In this document: positions 1-12,890 of the stretch, one piece after another
Layout of the letters: each line of letters starts with the position of its first letter
Numbering within the stretch: the first letter of the stretch is position 1
DNA from: Cyanophora paradoxa CCMP329
Taxonomy: Eukaryota; Plantae; Glaucophyta
DNA: 64,000 nt
Assembly (NCBI GenBank): GCA_004431415.1
Contig: QPMI01000089.1
Location: forward strand, 337,223-401,222
Direction: 5' to 3'
Made by a program: the position numbers and the translations under genes
The notes under the pieces: generated by a model
Seen by the model: only the letters and a program-made list of their open reading frames with translations
What the model was told of the DNA's origin: nothing
The model's database searches: none

Positions 1-3000
1 GATGAGGGAGAAGAAAAGGGCCTCCAAGAAGAAGAAGTGCAGCTCGTGCGCGATGTGCGCCAGAAAGTACTTCGATTCGGGATCGAACGAATGTTAGTGT
101 CGGAACCGCAGATCGATTTCGGGCGGGGCGGGGCGGGGCGGACGGCGGAGGTGCGGAAGTAGCCGGCGCGCTGCTGACGGTAGAAGACGGCGCGCTCCTG
201 GAAGGCCTTCGGGATCGTCGCCGTCGCCTTCGAGATCGAACGAAAGTGTCGGGATCGAACGAATGTTTCGGGATCGAACGAATGTTTCGGGATCGAACGA
301 CAGATCTAGAAGAGCGCACCTGCCAGCTGATGCCGGCGACGCCGAAGAAGATGATGCTCATCCGGTAGCTCCCGCCCCTGCACGCGTGAGAAGAAGCTCA
401 AGAAGGTGCCGTCGAGGGTGGTTGGCGCGAGCGAAGGTGAACGGCGGCGCACGTGATGGTGGCGGGCAGGTTCGCGAACAGGGTGCCCCTGGCACGCGAA
501 ACAAAACAAATTCAGAATGACGGTCAATATACATCGCGGCGCGCGCGCGCGCGCACAGCATGAAGCCCATGCCGATGGCGCAGCCGAGGCGAAAGGCGAC
601 GGCGATCTTGTCACGGTAGAGGAGCCGCAGCTGGCGGACGAGGCAGAGCCAGAACATGAGGGGGAAGCCGGCGCCGTACTCGCCGGGCAGCTGCCCAGGC
701 GCGGGCCGGCGGCGGGCGGCGGGGCCGCGCGCGAGCTCCTCCAGCTTGGCCTGCTCCTCCAGAGCGGTGCTGGACTGCTCGAAGGCGTGCGCGAAGCCGG
801 CGTAGGTGAGGGGTACGTTCGGGTGGAGGACGTCGCCGGGGCCCGCGGCCGCGGCCGGCGACGGGCCGCGGTCCGGATCCGCGCCGGCGCCGGCGGGGGC
901 GGCGAGGCCCGCGGCCGCGGGGGCGTGGACCGACGACGGCACGCACTTCCTGCAGCCTTCGCAACCGTTCGAGTCAGTTTTTATTTCCGAGAGTGCGGCC
1001 GGAAGATCTAGAGCTTCGGCTAAGCTTTCTTGGGTGCGTTCAGCCCAAGGGGAGGGCCGGGGCGGGGCGGGCCGCACCGACGAAGTACTCGCGGCCGCTG
1101 GGCTCGATGACGGCCTGGAGGAAGTCGGCGGCGTTGACGTGCGACGGGATCCGGTAGCCCAGTCCCTCGAAGTGGCGGACGGGCTCGTCCCCGCCCGGCC
1201 CGTTGTACGCCACGTGGCCTGCATGCACGCGAGGCGGCCGTGTCGGCCGCGTCGGTCCGAGCGTCGCGATCGCGAGGTCGGCTCTAGATCTGCTTACCGT
1301 GCCCGAGGAGGATGACGCGGTCGAACAGCGAGTAGCTCTCTGATCATGACCGGGAGCCGGCGTGAGCTTTATATGTATAGGGCGAGGAGGCCTAGGCCGC
1401 GGGCGGGCGGACCGTAGCTGGGCTGCAGGAGCGACATGACGACGATGTGCCCCGAGTCCGCCATCGCGCGGGCGCAGCGGCAGAGCTGCGCGTGTCGAGT
1501 CAGCCACGGCCGGAAATTTGGAAATGTGGCGCACGTCGAGCGTGGAGGAGGCGTCGAGGCCGGTGCTCGGTTCGTCCATGAGGAGGATGGGGGCGCCCAC
1601 GACGCCTTCCACCCCGATGCTCACGCGCCTGCGGCGAAAACGTTCACATTCGCGCGTTCAATTTCGGGCAGGAATTCGATCTAGATCTCGGTGCGTGCGT
1701 GCGCACCGGCGCTCGCCGCCTGACACGCCGCGAATGGACGCGTTGCCCTGCCGAAAAGTAAGATAGCTATAAGTAGATAGCTATAAGTGTTTCGGAGAGA
1801 AGACGGACGATGATGGTGTCCTGGGCGTGCTTCAGGTTGAGCAGCTCGAGGCACATAGAGACCTGCCCGGGCGCAAGCACAAGCAAGCATCAAAACCGCC
1901 GATTCGAGGCGCGGAATTCGAATCGGGCGTGCGGACGCGTACGGACCCGGCTGTTGATCTGGTCGTCGGAGAAGTGGGCGGGGAGGCGGGAGCGAGCCGA
2001 GAAATAGAGCGTTTCCCGCACGGTCAGCGTCGGGAAGTGCAGGTCCTCCTGCAGCGGAAGTGAGGAGGGGCGGGCGGGGCCGGGGCCGGGCGAGATCTAG
2101 ATCTGGGGCGCGCGCGGATCGCGATCGGATCCGACCTGCTCGACGAGGGCGCACTGGCGCTTCCACATCGCCCCCTCCTGAGGGACTCCTGCGCGTAGAT
2201 CAAATCAAACCAGATCAAATCTGGAGGCGCGGAGAGGCTCTTCGGGGGTAGGTTCGGGCACCGTTCAGGAGGATCTCGCCCCGGACCTGGCGGAAAGGGA
2301 GCAAAAAGGAATCGCTATGAGCCGCAACGACGACGCGATCGATCGCGAGATCTGTTTCGGCACGTGCACTTGCCTCAAGACCGGAGCTCTTCGCGTTGCC
2401 CGCCAGCGTCTGTAGCAGCGAAGTCTTCCCGGCGCCTGCCACGCCGAAAAAAAGAAACGAAGGGTACATGAGAATCGAAGGGGCGGGATCGATATCGGAG
2501 AAACACGCGGGGCTGATCATGAACTGACCAGGCGCGCCCAGGATCAGGACCAGATTTCCGCCCTGCGCGCGAATTCGAATTAATCCCAAACAGAAAACTG
2601 ATCACGATGAAGCTTAAGGAAGCTACAGCTACTTCAAATTAAGCGCACCTTCAAGGCGGCGTTGAAGTTGCGCAGGGCGGGGTGCCTGTCGCCCTTGCTG
2701 CCCACGTGGTCCAGATGCAGGCCGCCTGTACATGCGCATCGAGTAATTATAAATGGATGCGAGCACACGACACCAACAATTGATCGCCCCATGGCCATGG
2801 CATGGCCAAGAATCGCGCGCACGGATCGTGAGGAGGATGTCGTTCCCAGAGGCCGCGGTGCCCTCGCAGTGGTCGCTGAGGTACTGAAGGACAAGAGAAC
2901 CGCCCGCGGCCGCGGGCTTGCTCGGGCCGCCATGGGGCGAGGGGTGCACGGGGGCGGCCATGGCCACGTCGCGCTGCAGATTCGCGGGCTGCGTATGCCC

Positions 3001-3375
3001 ACCTGCTGCGCCCGCTGCAGCTGGTTCTGGATCCATAGCCAGGGTTGCAGGCGCTGCGGCTTGCTGTGGGGTCGGCTCAGCAGCCGCGACCGCAGATGGC
3101 GTGGGGGCGGCGCCGGCGGCGCCGGTCGCGGCCGCGGGCAGGATGCCCTCGGCGGACGAAGGCCGGTGGTGCGCGTGCATCACGACGGGGGGAAGCTCCG
3201 CGAGGACTTTTTCCGTCGATTCGCCTGCCGACGCCGCAGAGAGAGCGGCCTGAGCTGCGGCCGCGGCGGCGGAAGCCGTTATTTGGGCGGGCGAAAGCCA
3301 GCCGCCGACAGAGGCTGGAGCGAGCGGCGCGGGGGTGCCGGGTTCAACGTCTGCTTCTGCTGCTGCTGTTTCCAT
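1..3375 (-). CDS. ABC transporter, ABCG/PDR-type (NBD followed by TMD), multi-exon, 3' part outside the window
   Basis: Spliced exons give Walker A LILGAPG/AGKTSLL (2370-2560), QEDLHFPTLTVRET (~2010-2055), signature IRGVSGGERRR/VSIGVE, Walker B LLMDEPSTGLDAS (1550-1590), HVNAADFLQ, and TMD motifs RQLRLLYRDK and ERAVFYRQQRAGYF. ATG at 3375 precedes a long low-complexity N-terminus. Confidence 0.9.
79..300. repeat. Intronic 19-bp repeat TCGGGATCGAACGAATGTT, 3-4 copies at 233-300 plus one copy in the neighbouring intron at ~79
   Basis: Direct read. The seed TTCGGGATCG also occurs in the intervening exon (~209). Confidence 0.85.
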
Positions 3376-3976
3376 GAGCTTCCAGCTGGCGCAGCGGCTT
3401 GCTAGCGAGCACGGCGCTGCCGCGCGCGGGCCGGGCCGCGGCCGGCGCGCGGGCGAATGCGCGGTTTAGGCCTCGGGCGCTCGCCGCTTGGGCGCGTACA
3501 ATTGGGATTGTACTAGTTTAGTGCTGAGCTAAACCACGGCTGTATAACTGGCGCGCAGCAGCGCGCGCGGCGGCGCAGGGATGAACGGAGTCCGGGATCC
3601 GGAAAAGCTGCGGGCCAGCGGCTGCCAGGCTGGGGCTGGAAGCCTCGATCGGAGCCGCGGGCGCTTAGCTTCAAGTTGCGCACTTAGCGGCGCGGCGCGG
3701 GGAATCGATCTAGTGCTCGACCCGCGCAGTGCGCAGGGTCGGACGCAGAGGTGCTTCTTCCCCCCCTTCCACGACGCACTAGCACTGTACCCCGACAGAC
3801 GTCGAGGGTGGGGGGCAAGTCGCCGAACCGACGTCATGCTAGCGCTCATGATCAGCCTGGCAGCGGCTAGCGCTGCCGCGAACCGGCGCTGGATCCGGAA
3901 GGCGTTGAACATGAGCTGGCAAAAGCTTCGGGGGCAAAATGTCAAGTTAACGTTACGTTCTAATTATAATTCGAAC

Positions 3977-6900
3977 TCAAGCAACCCTAGAATTACGTAT
4001 ACTAGCACCAGCTGCAGCCACTACCGGCAGCTCAGCGCCTAGCGCCGTTCGGCAGCTGCAGGGCGGCGGTCCCCGTAAGCGGCGGCGCCGGCGAGGGCCG
4101 CCGCGGCGGAGGCGGCGCCGGCGGCGGCGGGGCCGCGGCGGGCCGGCGTCGGCGACGGAGGGCGGGGCGGAGGCGCGGCGCCCAGCGGCCGCCTCCTGCG
4201 CCTGGCGGGCCGCGAGCTCGCCGGGGACGCCCCCGGCCACCCCGCCCAGGGCGGCCCCGGCGGCGGCGCGCAGGCCCGCGAGCAGGGCGAGGGCGCGCCC
4301 GCCGGCGAGCCAGCGGGCGGCGTCGAAGGCCAGGCCGAGCTTGGGGAGGGTCTGCCCGACGAGAACGGCGGCGATGCCTAGGAGCGCCATCCCGTACATA
4401 AGCTGCGCGTGACGTCACGGACGGAGGGGGGGGGGGAAGGGGTGACGTCACGCGCCGAGCCGGCGTCGAAGAGGTAGGCGAGGTGGAGGGCGATGAGGCC
4501 GAGGAGGATGACGGCCTGTACCCCCGCCAGAAGCACGCCCTGCGCCTCCGCCTGCGCGCGCCGCCGCGTCAGCCGAGCCGAGGGGCCGTTAGTTTATAGC
4601 TGCTTCGATAGTTACTCAAGCTGCTATTATGATTTTATATTAACGCGAGCCGCTCGAAGAAGCCGGGGAGGGGCCGCACGAGGCGGTTGGAGGACGGGTG
4701 CCACGCCAGGTGCGCGCTGCGGCGCGGCGCGGGTCGGCGGCGGCGGCGGCGATGATAAATGAAAGGGTACAGCTTTACCAGAGGACGGCGAGCTCGAGGG
4801 CGAGCAGGAGGCCGAGTTGCTGGAGGGGGTACCGGTATGAGCGACGAGGACGGACGGGGAGGAAGGGGGGAGGGGGGGGGGGCTAGTACCGCGAGGGGGC
4901 CCCCGGGGGCGTCGGAGGGGCGGGCGGGCCCCTGCGGGGACATGAAGAGGCCGACGATCAGGGCGGCCGCCGCGCCCTTGAGCAGCTCCGCGATCCCGAA
5001 CAGGAACTGCGCGCCGCCGGCTCAGCCAAATTGAAAGAAGAAGGAAGGAAAGGAGCCGAATCGGAGGGTTTGGCATATAAGTAACTATCTAGCTAGCTGC
5101 GCGCGCCATGAGGCGGTCCGGGGCAAGAGAAGAGAAGCTAAGCAAAGGAATTCTAAGAAGTCTAGAGAGAAGCTAAGAGAGAAGAGAAGCTAAGCAAAGG
5201 AATTCTAAGAAGCGGGATCTGAATGTTGGGTATCCGCGCGCGCCATGAGGCGGTCCGGGGTCTAGTCTAGAATGTCCCCGGAGCTCATGATCATGATCAG
5301 ACAAGTGGAAAAATGTTAGAGAAGGAAGCTAAGGTAATGTTGCGCGCCATGAGGCGGTCCGGGGTCGGGGTCTATCTAGCATCTAAAAGGCATAAAAGGC
5401 ATAAAAGCATCTATCTATCTGTCATAAAGGCGAAATGAGTCGCGCGCGCCATGAGGCGGTCCGGGGTGTAGTCCTTGAAGAGGTCCATGAAGCCGAACGC
5501 GAAGGCCTCCGCCTCGCCTTTCGTTGGGGGCGGCGCCGCCCCGCCCGCCGGCCCCGCCCGCGCCGCGCGGGCCGCGACGGCGCGCTGGTGCACCTCGTCC
5601 ACGTCGTATGGGAGCTCCGCCTGCGCAGGCGGATTGGATTAGAGGCTAGCTTGGAGACTCGCCAGGCTGCTAGTTGTGCTATATTATTATAGTGTTAGCT
5701 GCAGTGAACTATAGTTAGCTATGGTGAGCTTACGGCGGGGATGCCGGCGGCGCGGGCGAGCTCGCTGCGGCCGCGGCCCTCGACGCGGATCGGGACCCAC
5801 TCCCCGCGGAACACCAGCCGCCTCCGCTGCGCTCAGGTCAGATCAAATGGCTGGGCGGCTGCTTAAGATGAAGAAGGCTCGCGCACGCGGCGCCAGAGGA
5901 TGCGGAGGACGTCGCGGGACAGCAGAAAGGCGTGCGCCGCCCGAACGTAGAGCCGCTTCAGCGGCAGCGCCCGCGGCCGCGCCCCGCCGTGCGCGCGCGC
6001 GTACCCCGCCGGGTCCGACGTCTGCTCCTCCCAGCGGCGCAGGCGGCGGGAGCCGGGGCCGGCCCCCGCGCGGAAGGCGGCGACGGCCAGGGCCGCCTTC
6101 ATCGCTCCGCCGCCGCCCGGCGCCGCGCCCCACCCGCCCCTCCTCCGCCGGTTCCGAGGGCGCCACGGAGGCGGCCCCACGCGGCTGCCTTCGAAGGGGC
6201 GGCGCGCTCGGCGGGAGCCGCCTCGTCCAGCTTGCCGCCGCCGCCGCCGCCGCGCTGCGGCTGCTGCTGCGCGGGGGGCCGCCGGTGCGCCCGCCACGCC
6301 CGCGCCACCGCCTCCCTCAGCGCCTCGGTACCCCCCTCGGGGTTGCCCGGCGTCTCCCCCTCCAGCTTCTCGCCCTCCTCGAGGATCGGGGCGACGAAGG
6401 CGGCGGAGGGGACGGCGGCACCCCCGAAGGGGTTGGGGAAGGCGGGGACCGCGAGCCCCCGCAGCGGGTCCGAGTGGGACTCCTGTGCCGAAACCGCCGT
6501 CCTCAGACGGGCTGGGAGGGGGCGGGCCAAGTACAACGACAACGACAACAACAGCAACGACGCGCCTTGCTTGCGACGCCGACCTGCTCCCAGGGGCGCG
6601 CCCCGATGTCCGCCCGGGGCGTCACCTGAGGCAGGCCATCCCCCCTGCCCCACCGGCATCAGACAAAGAGCAGCGGGGGTAGAGGGGCGTACAGGGAGAG
6701 CTGGCCGCCCTTGCCGTAGTACCCGGGGGCCTCCCGCGCCTCCCGCTCCGCACGCTCCTCCGGCGTCTCGAGGTCGTCGTCCCCGCCGTCCCCCTCCGCC
6801 CCCGCCCCCGTCGGGTGCACCTGCACCTGCGCCGGCGCCTCAGTCCCCTTCGTTCTATCCCCAGGATCGGAGAAGAGGGCGGGCCGACCTTCCGCGCGCG

Positions 6901-9900
6901 GCGGCGGCGGTAGCGCTCGCGGGCGCGCGCGATTTCCTCCATGACGGGCGTCGCGGGGGCCGCCCCCTCCGCCCCGGGCCCCGCCGCCGCCGGCGCCACC
7001 GCCCCCGCCGGCTCCCTGCACCCGAAGTTAGGGGGGTGGGGGAAGGGGACGAGGGGGGTACAGTACCCGTAGAGGACGACTGAGAGGGGCGGGTGGCGGA
7101 CGTACTTCACGAAGGGCCGCCAGCGCACGCGGTGCAGCTGTACCCCGGCGGGGTGAGAACGGCGAAACGCTGTACCCCGGCGGGAGCGGCCGCACGAGGA
7201 GCCAGGCGGCGCCGAGGACGGCGACGAGGAGGACGAGGAGGAGGTAGGCGACGGCGAGGCGGCGCAGGTCGGCGCTGGCGCCCAGCTTGAGGCACCGCGC
7301 CGCCGCCGCCGTGATCGGCTTCTGCGCCCCGCGCCGCGTGAGAGGGGTGAAGCTAGTTCGTTTCGTCGGCAAGCTAGATAGCTTCAGCGTGGAGGGAGGA
7401 AGGGAGGTCGTTGCGCGCATTCACGACGAGAAAGACGACGATCTCGACGGCTGCGGCGAAAGGCGGCCTCAGCACGCGCAGCTGCAGGGGCGGGGGCGCG
7501 AGAGCACTACAAAACGCACCGGGGAAGGCGAGGGGCCCCGGGAGGGGCCCGCGGAGCCGGCCCTTCCAGAGGAGGAGGCGCCAGAGGAGGAAGTGGAGGA
7601 GGGCGGCCCCGCCCAGCACCACCGCGCACCAGAAGATCGTCGTCTGTCGGATCAGGTTGGTTGGTTGGTTTAGCTGCTTAGTTTAACTAATCATGTCTCA
7701 AGGGGCGGACGCGGAATGCGTTGTCGGCAGCCTCGGCCTGCCAACGCGCGTTCGACGCCGCGTACTCCACCTGGGGGGGGGATGAGAGGAGCGGGGGGTA
7801 CAGATGGCGGGAGAGGGCGCGCCTCGACTTGGGTGAGGGGCCGGCCGGCGGCCTCGGCGGAGGCGGCGGCCTGCAGCAGGGCCCGGCGGAGGGCGGCCGG
7901 CGCCGTCGAGGCGTTCGCGGGGGCCGAGAGCGCGATGTCGTACCCCGTCGGCTCCTTCGGCCGCGGCGGGTCCCTGCGACGCAGTCGCAGTCAGAAGAAG
8001 CCGTCCAAAGGGGAAGGAGCGCAGTGCAGCGTAAGAAAGGGAGCTTGCTCGCCGGGAGCCGATGGGGTTGGGCCAGCCGTCGAGCATGAAGAAGGAGAGG
8101 CCGGAGCCGAGGGAGGAGAAGGAGCGGGGTACACGGTCCGAGGCCACGCTGCTGAACAGGTTCAGCACCTGCGCGGGGGGGTAAGAGGAGGGGCGGAGGG
8201 GGGTACACGAAGAAGAAGAAGAGAAAACGGGCCTGCATGGTGCCGACCATGACGACGACGCCGCCCGTGCCGGCCTGCAGCGCCCCGCCCGAGGCCGCCG
8301 CCCCGCCGGCCGCAGCGCCGGCCGCCGCCGCGCTCCCGCCGCCGACGCGGCCGCCGACCCGACGGCGGCGCCGATGCTCGCCGCGACGCTCGCGGCGACG
8401 CTCGCGCTGCGGGGCGGACGGGGCGGCGCATCAGCACGGGCGGACAGGGCGGATAGGGCGAACTGCTGGCGCGGCTCGCCTGACGCTGACGAGGGTGGCC
8501 GTGACGGTTGCGACGGAGACGACGGTCGCCGTGAGCTCGGCGCGCGCGACGGGCACCGAGTCGAGGGGGTCGGGGGGCGGCGCGACGACGACGCGCGTGC
8601 GGGCGACGGCGGCGGCGCCCTGGTCGTCGGTCGCCGTGAGCGAGAAGAGGTACGTGCCGACCCCGGAGACGTTGGCGAGCAGCAGGGCGCGGGTCTGGGT
8701 CACGGCGACGGAGCGGAGGCGGGCGACGGAGGGGCCGTCCTCCTGCCGCCACACGAGCGACGCGACGAAGCCGTCGGGATCGGACGCCGCCCCCGCCACC
8801 TCGAACGAGGTCTCCGCGAAGGTACCGTTGGGCCCGGTCCGCGCCGGCGTCTGCAGCTCGAGCAGCTCGGGCGCGCTCACGGCGGGGCCGGCGTTGGCCG
8901 GCCCCGCCGGCCGCGGGTCGAAGAGCACCGTCACCGCCAGCGCCTCGCTCCGCCCGTCCTGCCCGGCCGCCTTTTAGAAAAGAAGCGAAAGCGAGCGGAT
9001 GGGACCGCACGTCGTTGTCGACGGCGACGAAGGCGAGGGAGCAGTTGCCCTGTACCCCCGGCCGCACTGGGAACGAGGCGACTGGGCCCTCCACGGCGAA
9101 CTCGCTCGCGTTGACGGGGCACGCCGGCGAGGCCCGCAGCGCCCACTCGTACCCCGCCACGAGCCCGTCGAGGTCGGTCGAGGGGCGCCCCGTCAGGCGC
9201 CCCGGGCCGTCCCGGAAGCGGAAGACGTTGGGGGCCGGTACCCCCGCCGGCGACGCCGCCTCCACGGCGGCCCGCGGGAGAACGTTCCCCGCCCGCTCGG
9301 CCACGCGCACGTCGGCGCGGACGACGTACCCCGGGGGGAGGAAGGCGAAGCCGGCGGGGGGCGCCTGGAAGGGCGGCGAGCGCGCGGCGAAGGCGTCGGC
9401 CTCGGCGGCCGTCCGCAGGAGGAGCCGCGCGGAGACGGCGTAGGAGAAGGGGTACGACGCCGCCGCGCCGCTGAGATTGGACTGCAGGAGGGCGCGCCCG
9501 GATGCGGTGGGGGCGGAGAAGGGCGCGGGGCGGGCGGAGAGGTCTGCGATGGCGTCCGGGGTACAGTTGAAGGCCTCGGCGAGGCCGGCGGCGACGCGGG
9601 CGAGGGGCCCCGCGAGGCCGCGCGCGGCGGCCTCGAGCACGTCGGCGGCGGCGGCGCCGGCGGCCTCGAGCCGGAGCGTCACGAGCGGGGGCCAGAAGGC
9701 GGCGAACGCGACGTCGGCCGAGGCCTCCGCCCCCCGGTCCTCGTCGGCGACGGTCACGCGGAAGGCGTAGGCGCCCGGCCGCACGAGCCCCGGCAGCTCG
9801 ACGGCGGCCGCCGAGGCGTTCGGCGCGAAGGCGGCGCCCGGCGGCCCCGCCGTCTGGTTCCAGCGGAACCGGAGGCCGGCGCCCGGCGCCGCCGCGTCCG

Positions 9901-10465
9901 GGTCGTACGAGGCGGAGGCGTTCAAAAAGAAGGCGCGGAGCGGGAGGGCGAGGCGGCGGGCGCCGGAGCCGGCGACGGCCGAGGCGACGGGCGGGTTGTT
10001 GTAGCGCCAGCGCTCCAGCGCCAGCACCGTGTAGTTGACGGGGTACACGTAGAACTCGGCGGGGCACAGCGCGAAGGACCCCGGCGCGCTCCGCCGCGGC
10101 GGCGTGACGGCCGTGACCCGCGGGCCCCTGCCGCGGGATCGCCTCGGCGGGCGGGAGAGAATGGGCGAGAGAGGGGGGTACGCACGCGATGGAGAGCGAA
10201 GTGGCGTCGGCGCCGCAGAAGGAGAGCCGAAGGGAGAGGTCGACCGTCGGGAGGCCTGCCGGGCGGTCAGAGGCGCCCTCGGCTTCGCGGCGGCCGTTGG
10301 AATGGAGGGGCGGACCCTCGGCGAGGAAGACGAGGGTCTCGTTGCCGGCGGGGTCGCCGACGAGCACGGGGGCCGGCGCCGTCAGGTTGAACGCCGAGCC
10401 GACCAGCGCCACGCTCGCCACCGTCCGGAACACCGGCGCCGGCGCCGGCCGCGTCGGCGCCGGCG

Positions 10466-10502
<37 letters not shown>

Positions 10503-12649
10503 TGGGCTTGGGCTCGGGGTCGTCCCGTTCGACGCCGTACCGTTGGCGGAGGCGGCCGTGCCGTTCGTAGCCGCCGCCGACGCCGTCGCGTTGGGCGGGG
10601 CGGGGGCGGGGCCGGAGACGGGTGCGATCGTGGCGTTGGCGGGGGGCGCCTCGTCGGCGACGGGCGTGTAGGTGTACCCCACGGAGACGGAGAGGAGGCC
10701 GGTGGCGCGGGGGGGGAAGGAGATGCGGAGGGGGAACTGGTTGGCGACCTCGGAGACAGCCTGCAGCTGCGCCTCTACCCCCGCCAGCGTCGCCGAGGCG
10801 AGGCGGACGGAGAGGCCCTCCCGCACGGCGTACGCGGGGGCGCCCCCGCGCGTCCGCGGCAGGAAGGTGCAGAGCAGCGAGCCGTTGGCCGGCGCGACGA
10901 GGCGCGGGCAGGCGAGGCGGGAGGCCTGCGGGTCGGGCGGCGCGGCGACGAAGAGCTCGATGGAGGCCAGCGCGCCTGCGAAGCCCGGGGCGGCCACCGC
11001 GAAGGTGTAGGGGCCCGTCGCCGTCCCGTTGCCGTCGCCGCCGGTCGCGTTGGCGAGGAGGACGGCGGCGTTGGCGACGGCGCGGGGCGGCTCGAGCAGC
11101 ACGGGGCCCTGCGAGGAGTAGAGGAGGCCGCCGAAGTCGGTGTAGGCCGGGCGACCCTCCACGATCGGCGTCAGCGTCACCGCCAGCGTGTCCCCGCGGT
11201 GCAGCACCGAGGGGTCTGCCCAGGGGCGTGAACAAGGGGGGTACAGGACAGGAAGGGGGGTACGGCGCACAGGCGGTGACGTTGATGTACTCGGGGACGG
11301 CGGCGAAGACGACGACCTCGCGCGAGGCGCGAAGCGGGGGGCGGCCGGCGGCCGTCGAGTCGGCGGGGGGCGAGAAGAGGGCGGTGACGGTGTAGCGGCC
11401 CTGGACGGCTAGGGAGCGGCCGGCCTGAGCGAGCAGCACGGGCGCGAAGGAGGAGACGACGGTGGCGGGGACGCTCGAGAAGAGCGGGTCCACGCCGCCG
11501 TCCGCCCGCAGCGACACGTACCGCCCGCTCGCCCACGTCGCCGACCCGTCCCTGCCGCCCCGTGAGAAGAAGGAGAAGCGGCGGGCGGGCGGGGCGGGGC
11601 GGGGCGGACGCGGCGCGAAAAGTGAGGTTGCAGGCGACGGAGGCGGCGGTGGCGACGGCCCCGGGGCACCGAAAGTCGAGGGCGGCGGGGTACGGGTCGC
11701 CCACGAGGGTCGCGAGGGAGCCGAGGACGGCCCCCGAGGAGGCGAGGAGGACCTCCAGCGTACCCGGGCCGGGCGCGCCCGTCGCGAGGGTCAGCGAGGC
11801 CGTGGCCGCCACGCCGGCGCCGGCGAGCGCGCCGCCCGGGACGGCCAGGGCGCCCTCGCCCGAGGTCCGCACGGCCAGCAGCGAGAAGTTGGCCGGGCCC
11901 TGCGCGCCCCTCAGCCCGCGCCGGCTCAGGCGCCCGCCCCGCCCCGCAGCGCGCACCGCTACGCCGCCGACGACGCTCCGGAGGGTGAACGAAGCGGAGT
12001 TCCTGGGGGTACGGGCGCCCGTGAGGGGGGGGGGGAGACCGGGGGCTGGGACGGGCGGGGGGTACCCGAGGTGGATGGTGGTGGGCCCCGTGATGGTGAC
12101 GCTCGAGGGCGCCGTCGCTGGCGGGGCGCGGGGCGGAGTCAGAGGCGGAAGCGGGAGCGGCGGGGACGAGAGAGGGGGGGGGGGGGGGGGGGGGGGCGCC
12201 CGCACTGTAGGCGCTGAGGGCGCAGCAGCCCGAGACGCTGAGGCCGTTCACGAGGATCAAGCCTGGCGCGCAGCGTGAGGCGGCGAGGCGCGGCGGATCG
12301 GGCGGGTCGGACCCGTGCCGAGCGCGCTGAGCGGGGGCGTCACGCTGAAGCGGTACTCGTTGGAGGAGGCCACCTGAGTGACCGCGCCAAAGCTCGCCGA
12401 GGCGAGGCTGCCCCCGCCGCTCACGGACAGCGCGGCCGCCGCCGGCACCACCGCGCTGGAGGCGTTGCGCGCCGTGAAGGTGCACGTCGTGGCCTGCCCC
12501 GCGGGCAGCGTCGTGCTCCCGCAGGAGATGCTGGAAGTCGTGTCCAAAGCGGCGGCGACCGCCAGCGCCGCCAGAAGAACCAGCGCCGCCGCGAGGGGCG
12601 GCAAGCGCGCCGCCGCGAGGGGCGGCAAGGGTGGACGCCGCATGGCCAT
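3977..12649 (-). CDS. Giant signal-peptide protein: Cys-pair/Ig-like repeats, SP hinge, three PKD-like domains and a C-terminal TRP/FLC-like multi-TM region
   Basis: Signal peptide (LAAALVLLAALAVAAA). PKD-like motifs LNASASYDPD...FRWNQTAGP...PGAYAFRVTVAD (~9700-9940), LTGRPSTDLDGLVAGYEW...FVAVDND (~9010-9200) and GAASDPDGFVASLVWRQEDGP...GTYLFSLTATDDQG (~8600-8810). These are followed by VVMVGTMQ/VLNLFSSVASDRVPRSFSSLGSGLSFFML, several hydrophobic helices and FGFMDLFKDY. Joining all exons into one gene is inferred from same-strand continuity and the absence of another plausible start. Confidence 0.65.
5099..5466. repeat. Three intronic copies of an exon end (GCGCGCCATGAGGCGGTCCGGGG) separated by AT-rich filler
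   Basis: Copies at ~5099, ~5236 and ~5342, with the exon at ~5442-5466. The filler itself contains a duplicated AGAGAAGCTAAGCAAAGGAATTCTAAGAAG (5131, ~5183). Confidence 0.9.
10466..10520 (-). repeat. (Ser-Pro)n hinge encoded by a hexamer repeat
   Basis: (GGGCTC)n on the + strand translates as PSPSPSPSPSPSPSPTP on the - strand. Confidence 0.85.
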
Positions 12650-12890
12650 TTCCTCTACGCTAGCTATCCATAGCTAGGCGTAGATCGAGCAACGGGCTGC
12701 GCGGCGGCCACGGCCTCCACGCCCGAGAATAGCCGCGGGCGTCCCCGCGCGGCTGAGGTCGCCGGCTGCGCCCCAGGAGGAAAGCTAACTGCACCACGAA
12801 GCCGCGCGAGCCACGACAAAAGTCCGCTAAGGGGGAACAAGGCCTGGTGGGGTAGCGGCGGTTGATAGGGGTAGGCCACAATCTCGAAAC
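12650..12890. promoter_or_regulatory. Putative bidirectional promoter (241 bp) between the PKD/TRP-like gene and RPS24
   Basis: Divergent ATGs at 12649 (-) and 12891 (+). Confidence 0.55.

Noticed and set aside
5099-5466. CRISPR-like look of ~24-bp repeats with spacers
   Set aside because: Eukaryotic intron, irregular spacing, the repeat equals the adjacent exon end, and there are no cas genes.
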